This document shows, piece after piece, positions 45,813 through 55,226 of a stretch of DNA of 64,000 nt. Under the pieces are notes generated by a model. The model worked only from the letters and a program-made list of their open reading frames with translations. It had not been told where the DNA came from and made no database searches. The position numbers and the translations under genes are program-made. Origin of the DNA: an uncultured Chloroflexia bacterium (GTDB lineage: Bacteria > Chloroflexota > Chloroflexia > QHBQ01 > JADMIH01); the NCBI GenBank assembly GCA_963797095.1, contig CAWCNY010000004.1, positions 656,580 to 720,579 of the forward strand. Direction: 5' to 3'. Every line of letters starts with the position of its first letter. Position 1 is the first letter of the stretch.

Positions 45813-46968
45813 TCTTTCAGCTTATGCAAATCACGGAGCAGATGTGCCCAGCACCGCTGGTGCTCTCCTGGGAAGTCGTTGTAGCCACCGTAGAAGTCAC
45901 TCGACATTACTTGACCCTTTTCCCCAAAGTTAGACCCCATTATTCGTTTGGCTACCGCTCCCCCTCGGCTCTGGTCGTACTCGTACAATCGCTCTCCATC
46001 GGGCGTGAAGAAGCCCCAGATATAGCCGTTTTGTCCCCCTTCTCGCCAGGTGGTTTCGTCACCATGTACCACATGGCTATGGCTCCTTCGAACCCTCTTC
46101 TTTATGGAGGCAGCAGCCTCCTTCAGAGGTTCGGCTTGCACCATTCGATGCAACAACTCCACAACCTCACCCGAAGAGATGGTCAACTTGTGTATGGTGT
46201 ACAGGTACTCTTTTATGAGGAGGAGGGGCATCCTCAACGATGTGCGCAGATGAGCTATGAGGGAGGCGATACGCACCCCCATTCTGCCTTGCCCAATCAC
46301 CTGACCTGTAAGGTCGACAGTGGGGTAGTGCCACCTCCCACAACGAGCACACCACCCCTTGAATAGCTGGTGCTCAGTGACTTGCACAGGAGGGGGTGGA
46401 GGGAGTTCTATCACCTGGCGTCTGGAGGCGAGTTGGTGCTGACGAAGGGTGTAGCCACAATCGGGACACTGCTGCAGGTGGTGCTCAATTGTTGAGGTGG
46501 GCGATTGTTCACGGCGGCGGGCACCATTGTGCTCTTTAGCTCTGGGGCGTCTGGGAGGCTTTGGGGTGTTGTTCTTCTTGGGAGTGGAGGGCTTGACGAA
46601 TGATGGGGCACCTGGCGAGCCAGAGCCAGAGGCTAGCTGTGTCTGCATCTGCTCCAACCTGGCTTCCAACTCGGCGATGCGCTCCAGAGCAAGGCGCAAT
46701 TGCTCTTTGAGTTGTGCATTCTCTGCCCGCAGATGGGCTAGTTCTTCTTCCAGGTTCATACTTCATAGAATACAGTGGAAATTGCTCCACCTCAAGTCTG
46801 ACCGCATACCTTGGATGGTACAATATGCATAGGCCGTTTCGCTATGCTATAATCAGTTCAATTCGTAGGTTCGCAGCTTTACCTTAATCGCAGTTTCGTC
46901 ATGCCGGAGAAGGGTTCTTGTTTAGCTCAATAGCAAGGGCAGCCACACCAATCTACCATACCCGAGCC

Positions 46969-48930
46969 ATGCGCCGCCTCTTATTCAGGCGCACGCGGCT
47001 TATTGTCACTCTTATACTCCTATTCACCGTAGCATTCACTGCCGGGCGCCCCACCCTCGCCCAATCTGAAGACGAGGGCGGCCATTACTATTCGGAAACG
47101 GGCTATACGCTAGCCCAACAATTCCTCGATTTCTACGACCAGAATGGGGGCGTCCTCCAGTTCGGCTACCCGATCAGCGAGGCCCGGATGGAAGGCGGCT
47201 ACCTGGTCCAATGGACCGAGCGCCAGCGCCTGGAATACCACCCCGAAAATGCGGGCACCCAGTTCGAGGTGCTCCTTGGCTTGCTTGGTCGGGAGCTAAC
47301 TAAAGGATTAGAAGGGCCGCGCTTCCAGGCCTCCGCTCCTGACAGTTCCGCAATCGGCACTCAAGCACTTGAGATGGGCAGCCAACAGACCGATTTCTAT
47401 ACGTTTGATCAAACCGGCTACACGGTGGAGGAGCCATTCCTTCAATATTGGCGGGATCACGGCGGCCTGGCAATCTTCGGCTACCCCATCTCCAACCTCT
47501 ACCAGGATGGGAGCCTCAAAGTGCAGTGGTTCGAGCGGGCGCGCATGGAATTACACCCGGAGAACCCACCCGACACCCAGGTTCTGCTGGGGCACCTTGG
47601 CTACGAGGCTCTCAAGGAGCGCGAGCTTATCCCCTACAACGTGGAGATATATGGTAATCCCGCACCCGATACAAATATGCAGATCGGACTGGCCCAGGGC
47701 GGCGAATCGGTCGATCCAGGCTTCTTCGACAACATTCGTGACGCAGGCCGGGATCTTGGTCCTGGGCTGGTGAGGCTCGATAACATCTTCACCGCTTACG
47801 ATATTGTGCATCGCGGTGCGGATGGGTTGATCAGCTACAACTGGACCAAGCTGGATCGCGTGCTCGACGCCATCAAGGCTATGGGCAAAGAGCCTTTAAT
47901 CTGCCTCTCCTACATGCCCGAAACCCTCTCAGTATCAGGCAGCAGCCGCGTTGAACCCCCGGCCAACTATGATGAATGGGCCGACCTGGTGCGCTCAACA
48001 GTTTATCACGTCAACATCGAGCGCAAGATCGGAGTACGATATTGGGAAGTATGGAATGAACCGAATATCTGGAGCTTCTGGCAGGCTCCGTTCACCGACT
48101 TTCTCAAGCTGTACGATGTCACCGCAGAAGCTGCGCTGCTGGCCGATCCCACCATCAAGATAGGAGGTCCCGCGGTCTCCTACTTCTCGACAGATCATAT
48201 AGGTGAGTTCCTTGAGCATGAACGCTGGAACGTGGCAATGGGTCTCCCGGCTCATGTGGACTTCATATCGTGGCATTCATACGGTCGCTCTCCTGAACTG
48301 GTAGCTGCCAATATTCGAGAGCTTCGCAAGATTCTCGAAGATTACCCGATGTTCAGCCCCCAGATTTTCATCACGGAATTCAATGTGCTGCAAGGCGGGC
48401 CGGGCGATACCAGCGCGGGCAAAGAGACCGATACAGTGGATGGAGCGATAGCCTTCCTATCGTCTATCGAGAGTATGCAGCGCGAGCGCCTTGACCGCGC
48501 CTTCCTCTTTGAATTGAAGGACGGTCAGGGCCCTACCTCCTATTGGGGCCGTTGGGGCATCCTCACCTACGACGGCAAGCCTAAACCGATCTACCACGCC
48601 CTCGAAGCCTATCAGAACAGGCCCAGTGGGATGCTCCCTGTAATCCGCAAGAGCGGCCCAACAGGCACTGATCTTGGTATAATGGCTTATGGGTCGCCAT
48701 CACGCGCCACTATCTTTGTCTGGTACACAGGCGCGGAAGATGCGCGGGTGAAAGTCGGGATGCCACTGCAATTCAGCGGTACCGACTTCGATGTGACTCT
48801 CTTTGATGCGACCCACAACAACCCAGCACGCACCGGAGACCCTGCGGTGCAGACGCTTGAGGAGCTAAACGCGGGCGATCTGGTGCTCGACCTCAAGCCT
48901 GACTCGCTCGTGATCCTGACATCGCGTTAG
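46969..48930 (+). CDS. Secreted clan GH-A glycoside hydrolase (GH39-like) with two N-terminal LGFP-like repeats
   Basis: Signal anchor. Two repeats (GGVLQFGYPIS...QWTERQRLEYHPEN; GGLAIFGYPIS...QWFERARMELHPEN) homologous to those at 12638..14167. YWEVWNEPN acid/base motif and ITEFNV nucleophile motif. The longest ORF starts at 46918. Confidence 0.6.
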   Translation: MRRLLFRRTRLIVTLILLFTVAFTAGRPTLAQSEDEGGHYYSETGYTLAQQFLDFYDQNGGVLQFGYPISEARMEGGYLVQWTERQRLEYHPENAGTQFEVLLGLLGRELTKGLEGPRFQASAPDSSAIGTQALEMGSQQTDFYTFDQTGYTVEEPFLQYWRDHGGLAIFGYPISNLYQDGSLKVQWFERARMELHPENPPDTQVLLGHLGYEALKERELIPYNVEIYGNPAPDTNMQIGLAQGGESVDPGFFDNIRDAGRDLGPGLVRLDNIFTAYDIVHRGADGLISYNWTKLDRVLDAIKAMGKEPLICLSYMPETLSVSGSSRVEPPANYDEWADLVRSTVYHVNIERKIGVRYWEVWNEPNIWSFWQAPFTDFLKLYDVTAEAALLADPTIKIGGPAVSYFSTDHIGEFLEHERWNVAMGLPAHVDFISWHSYGRSPELVAANIRELRKILEDYPMFSPQIFITEFNVLQGGPGDTSAGKETDTVDGAIAFLSSIESMQRERLDRAFLFELKDGQGPTSYWGRWGILTYDGKPKPIYHALEAYQNRPSGMLPVIRKSGPTGTDLGIMAYGSPSRATIFVWYTGAEDARVKVGMPLQFSGTDFDVTLFDATHNNPARTGDPAVQTLEELNAGDLVLDLKPDSLVILTSR

Positions 48931-48961
48931 CGTGTGACCGCTAAGGAAAGAGCATGCGCAC

Positions 48962-49756
48962 ATGAAGAGTCTTTTCAGCCGAACCAATCTGACATGGTTC
49001 TTCCTGGCTGCCATCATATGCGGGGCCATATTCATAATCTGGGTGCTCGCATCAGGTGACGCCCCTCCCGCTAATGCCGTGCTCATCGATGGTGCAGGCA
49101 CCGGACGCGTGGGCAACAGCGCGCTGGGGCTACCTGCCTCCTCTCTCGGTGACCAGAGTCCGACAGCTACGCCTTACACAATCAAGCTGGAAAACGGCAA
49201 AGACACCGACCCTTCGCGGGCCCAAAATTCAATCCTGAATGCACGAACTCCCACGCCTGGAACCGTAACCGTCTACGTCAGCGGCGCGGTTGCTCAGCCC
49301 GGGGTCTATACCCTCCCCGAGGGAGCGAGGGTGCAGGATGCTATTGCTGCTGCAGGTGGGGCTATGATCGAGGCCGACCTCGATACTATCAACCTGGCCC
49401 AAAAGCTGGTTGACGAAGCCCACATCACAATCGGACGCCGAGACGAAGGCACATCCTCCAGTGTGCAGCAGCCTGCCACCAGTGAAGGCACTCTGGGAAG
49501 CGCTCCTGCCGCTGGGCAGTCGATCTCTCAGCCCGCAGCGGCCAAGCCCACCCCAGACGCTCTCATAAACATCAACACAGCCAACGCCGCCGAACTTGAG
49601 ACCCTCCCAGGTGTAGGCCCATCTTTAGCAGCCCGCATCATCACCGACCGCGAGCAAAACGGCCCGTACAGTTCAGTGGAAGACCTGATGCGCGTCAGCG
49701 GTATCAAAGACGGCATCCTCTCCAAAATCCGAGCCTATATCACGGTCGGACCATAG
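48962..49756 (+). CDS. comEA: Competence protein ComEA (TM + SLBB + tandem helix-hairpin-helix)
   Basis: C-terminal INTANAAELETLPGVGPSLAARII...GIKDGILSKI HhH pair. SLBB motif YVSGAVAQPGVYTLPEGARVQDAI. Confidence 0.85.
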   Translation: MKSLFSRTNLTWFFLAAIICGAIFIIWVLASGDAPPANAVLIDGAGTGRVGNSALGLPASSLGDQSPTATPYTIKLENGKDTDPSRAQNSILNARTPTPGTVTVYVSGAVAQPGVYTLPEGARVQDAIAAAGGAMIEADLDTINLAQKLVDEAHITIGRRDEGTSSSVQQPATSEGTLGSAPAAGQSISQPAAAKPTPDALININTANAAELETLPGVGPSLAARIITDREQNGPYSSVEDLMRVSGIKDGILSKIRAYITVGP

Positions 49757-49793
49757 ACGAAAAACGGTTGTCAATTACCGGAACCCGCAACTA

Positions 49794-49817
49794 CCACTCG
49801 TCACTCGCCACTCGTCC
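49794..49817. repeat. Heptamer array (cactcgt/cactcgc)x3
   Basis: Direct read. Downstream of comEA. Confidence 0.75.
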
Positions 49818-50014
49818 AGCTATGCAACATCACCAACATGACCCACGTAGATAATATAGGCAGGGTGTCCTGCGCCACACAGGTATGATACAATGTGGGG
49901 GCAGAAGTTCACTGCTCTAAGGTAAGACCGTTACGCATAACGCCCCACGTATCACGTTCATGTCTTACGCACGAGGCCCGAAGCGTTACGTATGAACAAC
50001 AGGAGGATACACAC

Positions 50015-50677
50015 GTGTCTATCTTGACCCGGATTTCAACCCTGATCTCCGCTAACATCAACGCGATGATTGATGCTGCGGAAGACCCGGAAAAAATGGT
50101 AAACGAGTATCTGCGCCAGATGCGAGCAGAGCTATCCGAGGCGCGCGCCGCCACCGCCATGGCGATGGCCGACGAGACCCGCCTTCGCTCCCAGTACGAG
50201 CGCAACAAGGCCGAATCCGATGAATGGCAGAAGAAGGCAGAGCTTGCTGTGCAGCGCGATGACGACGAACTGGCGCGCGAGGCTCTTAGCAGGCGCACTA
50301 CTGCCCAGCAGTTGGCCGACAGCTATTACACTCAATGGGACAGCCAGCACGACCAGGTGGCCGAGTTGCGCGATGCCCTCGCCAAGCTGGAGGCCAAGAT
50401 ATCTGAGGCCGAAGGCAAGCGCGAGATGATCATCGCCAAGCAGCGCCGTGCCGCCACCCAAGAGGCGATCAACACTGCCCTTCAGAGCGTGCAAGGTGTC
50501 AACACCGATCAATCGCTTGACCGCATGGAAGACAAGGTCGATGAGCGTCTTGCCCGCGCCCAGGCCCAATCCGAGCTTGCGGGCCAGGACATGGACAGCC
50601 GCTTCGCCGACCTTGAGCGGCAGGCTCAGGTTGATAGCGATCTGGCAGAGCTAAAGAAAAAATACGGGAAAGAATGA
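50015..50677 (+). CDS. pspA: PspA/IM30 (Vipp1) family protein
   Basis: GTG start 8 nt after AGGAGGA. N-terminus SILTRISTLISANINAMIDAAEDPEKM is typical of PspA. Coiled coil throughout. Confidence 0.85.
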   Translation: MSILTRISTLISANINAMIDAAEDPEKMVNEYLRQMRAELSEARAATAMAMADETRLRSQYERNKAESDEWQKKAELAVQRDDDELAREALSRRTTAQQLADSYYTQWDSQHDQVAELRDALAKLEAKISEAEGKREMIIAKQRRAATQEAINTALQSVQGVNTDQSLDRMEDKVDERLARAQAQSELAGQDMDSRFADLERQAQVDSDLAELKKKYGKE

Positions 50678-50680
50678 CCA

Positions 50681-50752
50681 GTACCGGGTAACGAGTACCG
50701 AGTATCGAGTGACGAATTTGCCGCAACGTACTCGGCACTTGTTACCCGGTAC
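50681..50752 (+). promoter_or_regulatory. Long imperfect hairpin (22-bp arms, 2 mismatches, 28-nt loop) between pspA and the next gene
   Basis: gtaccgggtaacgagtaccgag ... ctcggcacttgttacccggtac. The left arm is itself built from heptamers. Confidence 0.5.
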
Positions 50753-50764
50753 CCGGCATAAATT

Positions 50765-51934
50765 ATGCGCCGTAGAAACCTTGTCATTTTCGTCCTCTTC
50801 CTCCTGATAGCAGGTGGGGTGGTTGCCAGCCAATACTTGTTCCAGTGGTCGCCGGGGTCCCTGGTAAACCCCAAACCTCCGCTTAATATCTCCATCCTCT
50901 ACTCAGCCGAGCTTCGATCCTGGTTGCAACCAGCTACAGACGCTTTCAACGCGCAAAACAAGAAGGTGGGCGACCAGCCCGTTCAGGTAACTATCGAATC
51001 GCTCGACGATGGCGCGGCGATGCGTGAGATCGTATCAGGCAAGCGCACCCCCACCGCCTGGATACCGGCCTCCACCATCTGGGTCAACCTTCTCAACCAG
51101 CAGTGGCGCGCCAACCATCCCACCGACCTCCTCCTGCGCTCAGGCGAATATGGCACAACACCAATGGCCCTCACCCCCATGGTGTTCGTGATGTTCGCCG
51201 ACAAAGCAGACGTGTTCAGCAAGAACCGGGCGGTCGACTGGAATGAGATCGAGCAGGCCGTCACCGACCCGCAGGGCTGGCTGGCCCTCGGCGGCTCCGA
51301 AGAGTGGGGCCGCGTCAAGTACAGCCAGACCGACCCCTCAGATTCAAATGCGGGTCTGCTCGCTGTAACCCTCGCCACCTACACTTATTTCAACAAGACG
51401 GGTGGTCTCACACAGGACGACCTGAACAACGCGGACTACCAGCAGTGGATCGAGGGCCTCGCAAGCGGTCTCGTAGATGATACCCCGCCTACAGCCCAGC
51501 AGCAAATGGAAGATGTGCTGCGCTACGGACCTTCCAAGTATGATGTAGTAAGCATCTACGAAAGCCTGGTGGCCCAGCAGATCAAGAACGCCCCCGGACG
51601 CTTCGGCACAGATCTGAAGGTATTCTATCCGCGCCTGAACATCTGGAGCGATTACCCCTATAGCATCCTGGTGGGCGACAACAGCACCGCCGAAGAAAAG
51701 GACGCGGCTCTTCTCTTCCGCAGCTATCTTTACAGCGTGCCCGTGCAGGAGCAGGCGTTGCGCGTCGGATTTCGCCCTTCAAACCCCGATGTGCCTCTCC
51801 TGACAAACGATGCGGACAACCCATTTAACCGCTACAAGGACGCCGGTCTCGAAATCAACATCCCTCGCACGACTATTGCTGACACCCCCACCGGCGATGT
51901 ATTAAATAGACTAATGACAGTATTTGGCAGATGA
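50765..51934 (+). CDS. Membrane-anchored secreted protein, periplasmic solute-binding-protein-like (function unknown)
   Basis: N-terminal signal anchor followed by about 360 aa with an alpha/beta PBP-like composition. No catalytic motif recognised. Part of a pspA-linked operon. Confidence 0.4.
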   Translation: MRRRNLVIFVLFLLIAGGVVASQYLFQWSPGSLVNPKPPLNISILYSAELRSWLQPATDAFNAQNKKVGDQPVQVTIESLDDGAAMREIVSGKRTPTAWIPASTIWVNLLNQQWRANHPTDLLLRSGEYGTTPMALTPMVFVMFADKADVFSKNRAVDWNEIEQAVTDPQGWLALGGSEEWGRVKYSQTDPSDSNAGLLAVTLATYTYFNKTGGLTQDDLNNADYQQWIEGLASGLVDDTPPTAQQQMEDVLRYGPSKYDVVSIYESLVAQQIKNAPGRFGTDLKVFYPRLNIWSDYPYSILVGDNSTAEEKDAALLFRSYLYSVPVQEQALRVGFRPSNPDVPLLTNDADNPFNRYKDAGLEINIPRTTIADTPTGDVLNRLMTVFGR

Positions 51935-52332
51935 TTATGAACGAACAGAACGGACCACTCCCGCCTAACCGACTTGCTCTCTATGCTACCCTCCAGGCCG
52001 CAACACTCATCGGGTCCTGGATAGTGTTCGTCGTACTTTGGACGTATGCCCTCTTCAACTATGACCTGGGCGATTTTGAATGGTGGCTACTTGTGGTGGT
52101 GGCGTGCATGGGTGTATATGGGCTAAGGCCTAACCTTGAGCGTGCCATCAACTCCGCCTGGTTGGGCGATGTCAAGAACTCGCAAGCCATCGCCGACCGC
52201 ATCGCCCAGTTGCGCCCGATCAAGCGCCGCATCGATATCGTCTTCTCCATAGGCGTGATTTCGATATTTATCCTGGGTGTGATCGTCTGGAGCATCCTTA
52301 TTGCCTTCAACGTTATCGGGCTTGACGCCTGA
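51931..52332 (+). CDS. Small integral membrane protein (4 TM)
   Basis: 133 aa, hydrophobic. Translationally coupled to the upstream ORF. Confidence 0.5.
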   Translation: MIMNEQNGPLPPNRLALYATLQAATLIGSWIVFVVLWTYALFNYDLGDFEWWLLVVVACMGVYGLRPNLERAINSAWLGDVKNSQAIADRIAQLRPIKRRIDIVFSIGVISIFILGVIVWSILIAFNVIGLDA

Positions 52333-52388
52333 CAGACGACGAACAAACCACAACAACAAACCAGTTAGCAAAAGGCAGCAGGCCAGAA

Positions 52389-53204
52389 GTGAAACAAACA
52401 AGCAGCATCCAGCCCCCAAGCCAGGGAGATAAATTCAGGATACTCCTGTTGAACGCCATGACGCGCCCCCTTTCGGCTGCTGTCGTGGCGATCACCGTGA
52501 TCGTAGGCTTGCTGGTAAATCCCTGGTTTTTCCTGGTGGGCGGCGCGTTCTACGCCTTCCTGATATGGAGCACTTTGCAAGATGCTCGGGAATCGAAACA
52601 GGTGCTGAACGAGGTACTCTACCCTGAGCGCGCACGCAAGTTCGATCTCAACAAGCTCCAGGGCAGCTATCGCGAAGCTCTGCAGCGCGCCCTCGACACT
52701 CGCAAGAAGATCGAGACCGCCGTAGCTGAAACCGACGACCCTGGTATCCGCAAGGCTCTTACCGACTCCACAGACAATCTCGGTGAACTCACCGGCACCA
52801 TCTATGACCTGGCCCTCAAAGCCCAGAGCGTGCAAAGTGGGCTCCAGGGCTACAGCATAGATATCGAAGGAGTGCAGTCGGACATCCTGCGGCTGGAAAA
52901 CCTGATAAAGAACACCACCGACACCTTCGCGCGCAGCCAGTACCAGGCCACCCTCGACGGCAAGCGCCAGCAACTTCAAAACTACAGTGATACGACCGAG
53001 GCACTCAACCGCTGGCACGCCCAGCTTGATAACGCCCTCTCCACGCTCGATACCATCCTCTCGCAGGTGCTGCGCATCCGCTCGTCCGAGGTGCTCAGTC
53101 TCTCCTCTGCCACCGACGAAGTGTCCACCAGCCTGCGCGATCAAGTAGACCAATTGAAAGCAACTTCGGACGCCCTTGATAAGGTCTATGGGTTTAGCCA
53201 ATGA
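52389..53204 (+). CDS. Membrane-anchored coiled-coil protein (TelA/XpaC-like stress protein candidate)
   Basis: Two N-terminal TM helices then about 200 aa of heptad-rich helix. Shares an operon with pspA. Confidence 0.4.
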   Translation: MKQTSSIQPPSQGDKFRILLLNAMTRPLSAAVVAITVIVGLLVNPWFFLVGGAFYAFLIWSTLQDARESKQVLNEVLYPERARKFDLNKLQGSYREALQRALDTRKKIETAVAETDDPGIRKALTDSTDNLGELTGTIYDLALKAQSVQSGLQGYSIDIEGVQSDILRLENLIKNTTDTFARSQYQATLDGKRQQLQNYSDTTEALNRWHAQLDNALSTLDTILSQVLRIRSSEVLSLSSATDEVSTSLRDQVDQLKATSDALDKVYGFSQ

Positions 53205-54340
53205 GAAAATACTCGCGTGCTCTTGCCCTCTTGCTCCTTTTACTTACCGCTTGCGATACAGGCCCGCAACCTACGCCGACCTTCACAGGCGTGATCAAAG
53301 TGGGAGTGGCCGCACCCTATACGGGCGATACTGCCGACGGCGGCATCCAGATATGGCAGGGCGCGGAGCTTGCCGCTGACGAAGTCAACGCGCAGGGTGG
53401 CATCATGGGCAAAAAGATCGAGATCGTGCCAGCCGATGATTCTGCCGACCCAAACAAGGCGCAGTCCGTAGCCAATAACCTCATATCTCAGGGCATAGTT
53501 GCCGTGGTGGGCCACAAGGACAGCGGTGTGTCGATCCCCGCGTCCGCTGTATACCACGCGGCAGGAATAGTGCAGGTCACTCCGACCTCAAGCAACCCGC
53601 AACTGACCGACCAGGGCTTCGACACCGTTTTTCGGGTCTGCCCTGTGGATCAGACGCAGGGCCCGGTGCTGGCCGAATTCATGATTCAGACCCAGGGGCT
53701 GAAACAGATCGCCGTCATATACGCCAATACCGCCTACGGCATTGGTCTGCACGACGAGTTCGAGCAGCGGGCCAAAGAGCTTGGCGTTACCCCCGTCGCC
53801 TCGGAGGAGATCAATCGTGGAGACAAAGATTTCACAACCACCCTTCAGAAGATACAGCCCCTGGCTCCCCAGGCGATATTCTACGCGGGCAGCCTGCCGG
53901 AGGCAATCATAATCGTCCAGCAAATGAAAGAGCTTGGCATCAAAGCTGTGTTCGTCGGCGGCGACACCCTTTTCCAACCCGAGTTCATAGTGCAAACAGG
54001 CTCGGCATCTGAAGGTGACTACGTCTCGTCTTTCTTCCCCGACATGCTCCAGGCAAGCAATCAGGCCGACAAGAATTGGGTCAGCGAATACCGCGACACG
54101 TTCAAGCGCAACCCCGGCGGCAATTCGTCGGGCGGTTATGTGGCGGCAATGGCGATCTTTCAGGCGATAAAGAACGCCAACTCAACCGACCCAGCTAAGA
54201 TAAAGACGGCCATGGAATCGCTGAACATGGACAGCTTCATAGGCCGCATAGCCTTCGACCAGAAAGGCGACCTACAGGACCAGCGCGCTCACCTGCATCT
54301 ATTCAAAGTGCAAGACGGCACTTTCGTACCCGTCCCGTGA
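53201..54340 (+). CDS. LivK/LivJ-family (type I PBP) substrate-binding lipoprotein
   Basis: Lipobox LLTAC. Peripla_BP_6 motifs (IKVGVAAPYTG, VVGHKDSGVS). No permease or ATPase genes nearby. Confidence 0.8.
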   Translation: MRKYSRALALLLLLLTACDTGPQPTPTFTGVIKVGVAAPYTGDTADGGIQIWQGAELAADEVNAQGGIMGKKIEIVPADDSADPNKAQSVANNLISQGIVAVVGHKDSGVSIPASAVYHAAGIVQVTPTSSNPQLTDQGFDTVFRVCPVDQTQGPVLAEFMIQTQGLKQIAVIYANTAYGIGLHDEFEQRAKELGVTPVASEEINRGDKDFTTTLQKIQPLAPQAIFYAGSLPEAIIIVQQMKELGIKAVFVGGDTLFQPEFIVQTGSASEGDYVSSFFPDMLQASNQADKNWVSEYRDTFKRNPGGNSSGGYVAAMAIFQAIKNANSTDPAKIKTAMESLNMDSFIGRIAFDQKGDLQDQRAHLHLFKVQDGTFVPVP

Positions 54341-54377
54341 TATGTGAGAACGAAGGACAAATGCCGAAAGAGGTAAT

Positions 54378-54397
54378 CACTCGCCACTCGTCACTCA
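54378..54397. repeat. Heptamer array (cactcgc)(cactcgt)(cactca)
   Basis: Direct read, between the convergent LivK-like and ANTAR genes. Confidence 0.7.
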
Positions 54398-54400
54398 TTA

Positions 54401-55006
54401 TCACGTATCACGCTCCATCTCACTCGCAAGCAGGATCGCCTCCGCGACCTCACGCATAGTCTTGCGGGTGTCCATGCTGCGCTTCTGGATGCGGCGGAAG
54501 GCATCGGCCTCGGACAGACCAAAGCGGTCCATCAAGAAGCCCTTGGCTCTGTCGATGATCTTGCGGGCCTCAAGAGCCTCTTTCAGGTCGCCCAGTTCCT
54601 TCTGCAATTGCTGGAACTCGCGGAACCTGCCCAACGTCACCTCGATAGCCGGGCCAAGTTGGGCCTCCCTGAACGGCTTCACCAGATAACCCACCACGCC
54701 AGCCTGCGTTGCTCTCTGCACAAGCTCGGGCTCGCTGTAGGCCGTCAGTAGCAACACAGGAGCGATACTCTCCTGCGTCAGCACCCGCGCCGCTTCGATG
54801 CCGTCCATCTCCGGCATCCTGATATCCATGATCACCAGTTCAGGCTTCAGATCGCGCGCCAGCGTCAGAACATTCCTGCCGTCCGCGGCCTCACCCACCA
54901 CCTGGTAGTTCAGGTCGGTTAGCATCTCGCGCAAATCCATACGAATGATCGGGTCGTCGTCCGCGATCACCACCTTGCTGCCTGTTCTTGTTCCGATCCC
55001 TGCCAT
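54401..55006 (-). CDS. ANTAR-domain response regulator (REC + ANTAR RNA-binding antiterminator; AmiR/NasT-like)
   Basis: REC (VVIADDD...IMDIRMP). C-terminal ANTAR (IDRAKGFLMDRFGLSEADAFRRIQKRSMDTRKTMREVAEAIL). Confidence 0.85.
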   Translation of the reverse strand: MAGIGTRTGSKVVIADDDPIIRMDLREMLTDLNYQVVGEAADGRNVLTLARDLKPELVIMDIRMPEMDGIEAARVLTQESIAPVLLLTAYSEPELVQRATQAGVVGYLVKPFREAQLGPAIEVTLGRFREFQQLQKELGDLKEALEARKIIDRAKGFLMDRFGLSEADAFRRIQKRSMDTRKTMREVAEAILLASEMERDT

Positions 55007-55226
55007 AGTGCACTCTCCTGAAGAAAGTTTACTCTCAATTATAACATGCACCCATTAGTCAAGCTCGTATACAATTCACCGGCCCACACCTTTTCTTGCG
55101 CAAAACTTCACTCCCAGAACACACCTGTGGTATAATAGTTTTATGCACAAACGTTCTGATTCGGCGCTCAAAACCGCATCGCTGGAGGTCGCGTATCCAC
55201 CCCAAGAAGAGCACACTGTAAACACT

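Larger units (their letters stand above)
45075..46759 (-). pseudogene. IS66-family transposase disrupted by microsatellite expansions and a frameshift
   Basis: N-terminal leucine zipper, CPDCGY...CARCGRW zinc finger and the HGDETTW DDE motif lie in ORF 45284..46759. The conserved C-terminus (SDNNLAERSIRPVVVMRKVSGGS) is in another frame, 45075..45332. The two are separated by a (ccccgc)6 tract, and there is a (PTN)n insertion. Confidence 0.65.
45062..46810 (-). mobile_element. IS66-family insertion sequence (single-ORF type) with an 8-bp TSD
   Basis: Direct repeat TTGGATGG at 45054-45061 and 46811-46818. Imperfect terminal IRs begin GTAAGC... (45062) and GGTATGC... (reverse complement of the 46810 end). 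Internal IS66 transposase. Confidence 0.6.
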
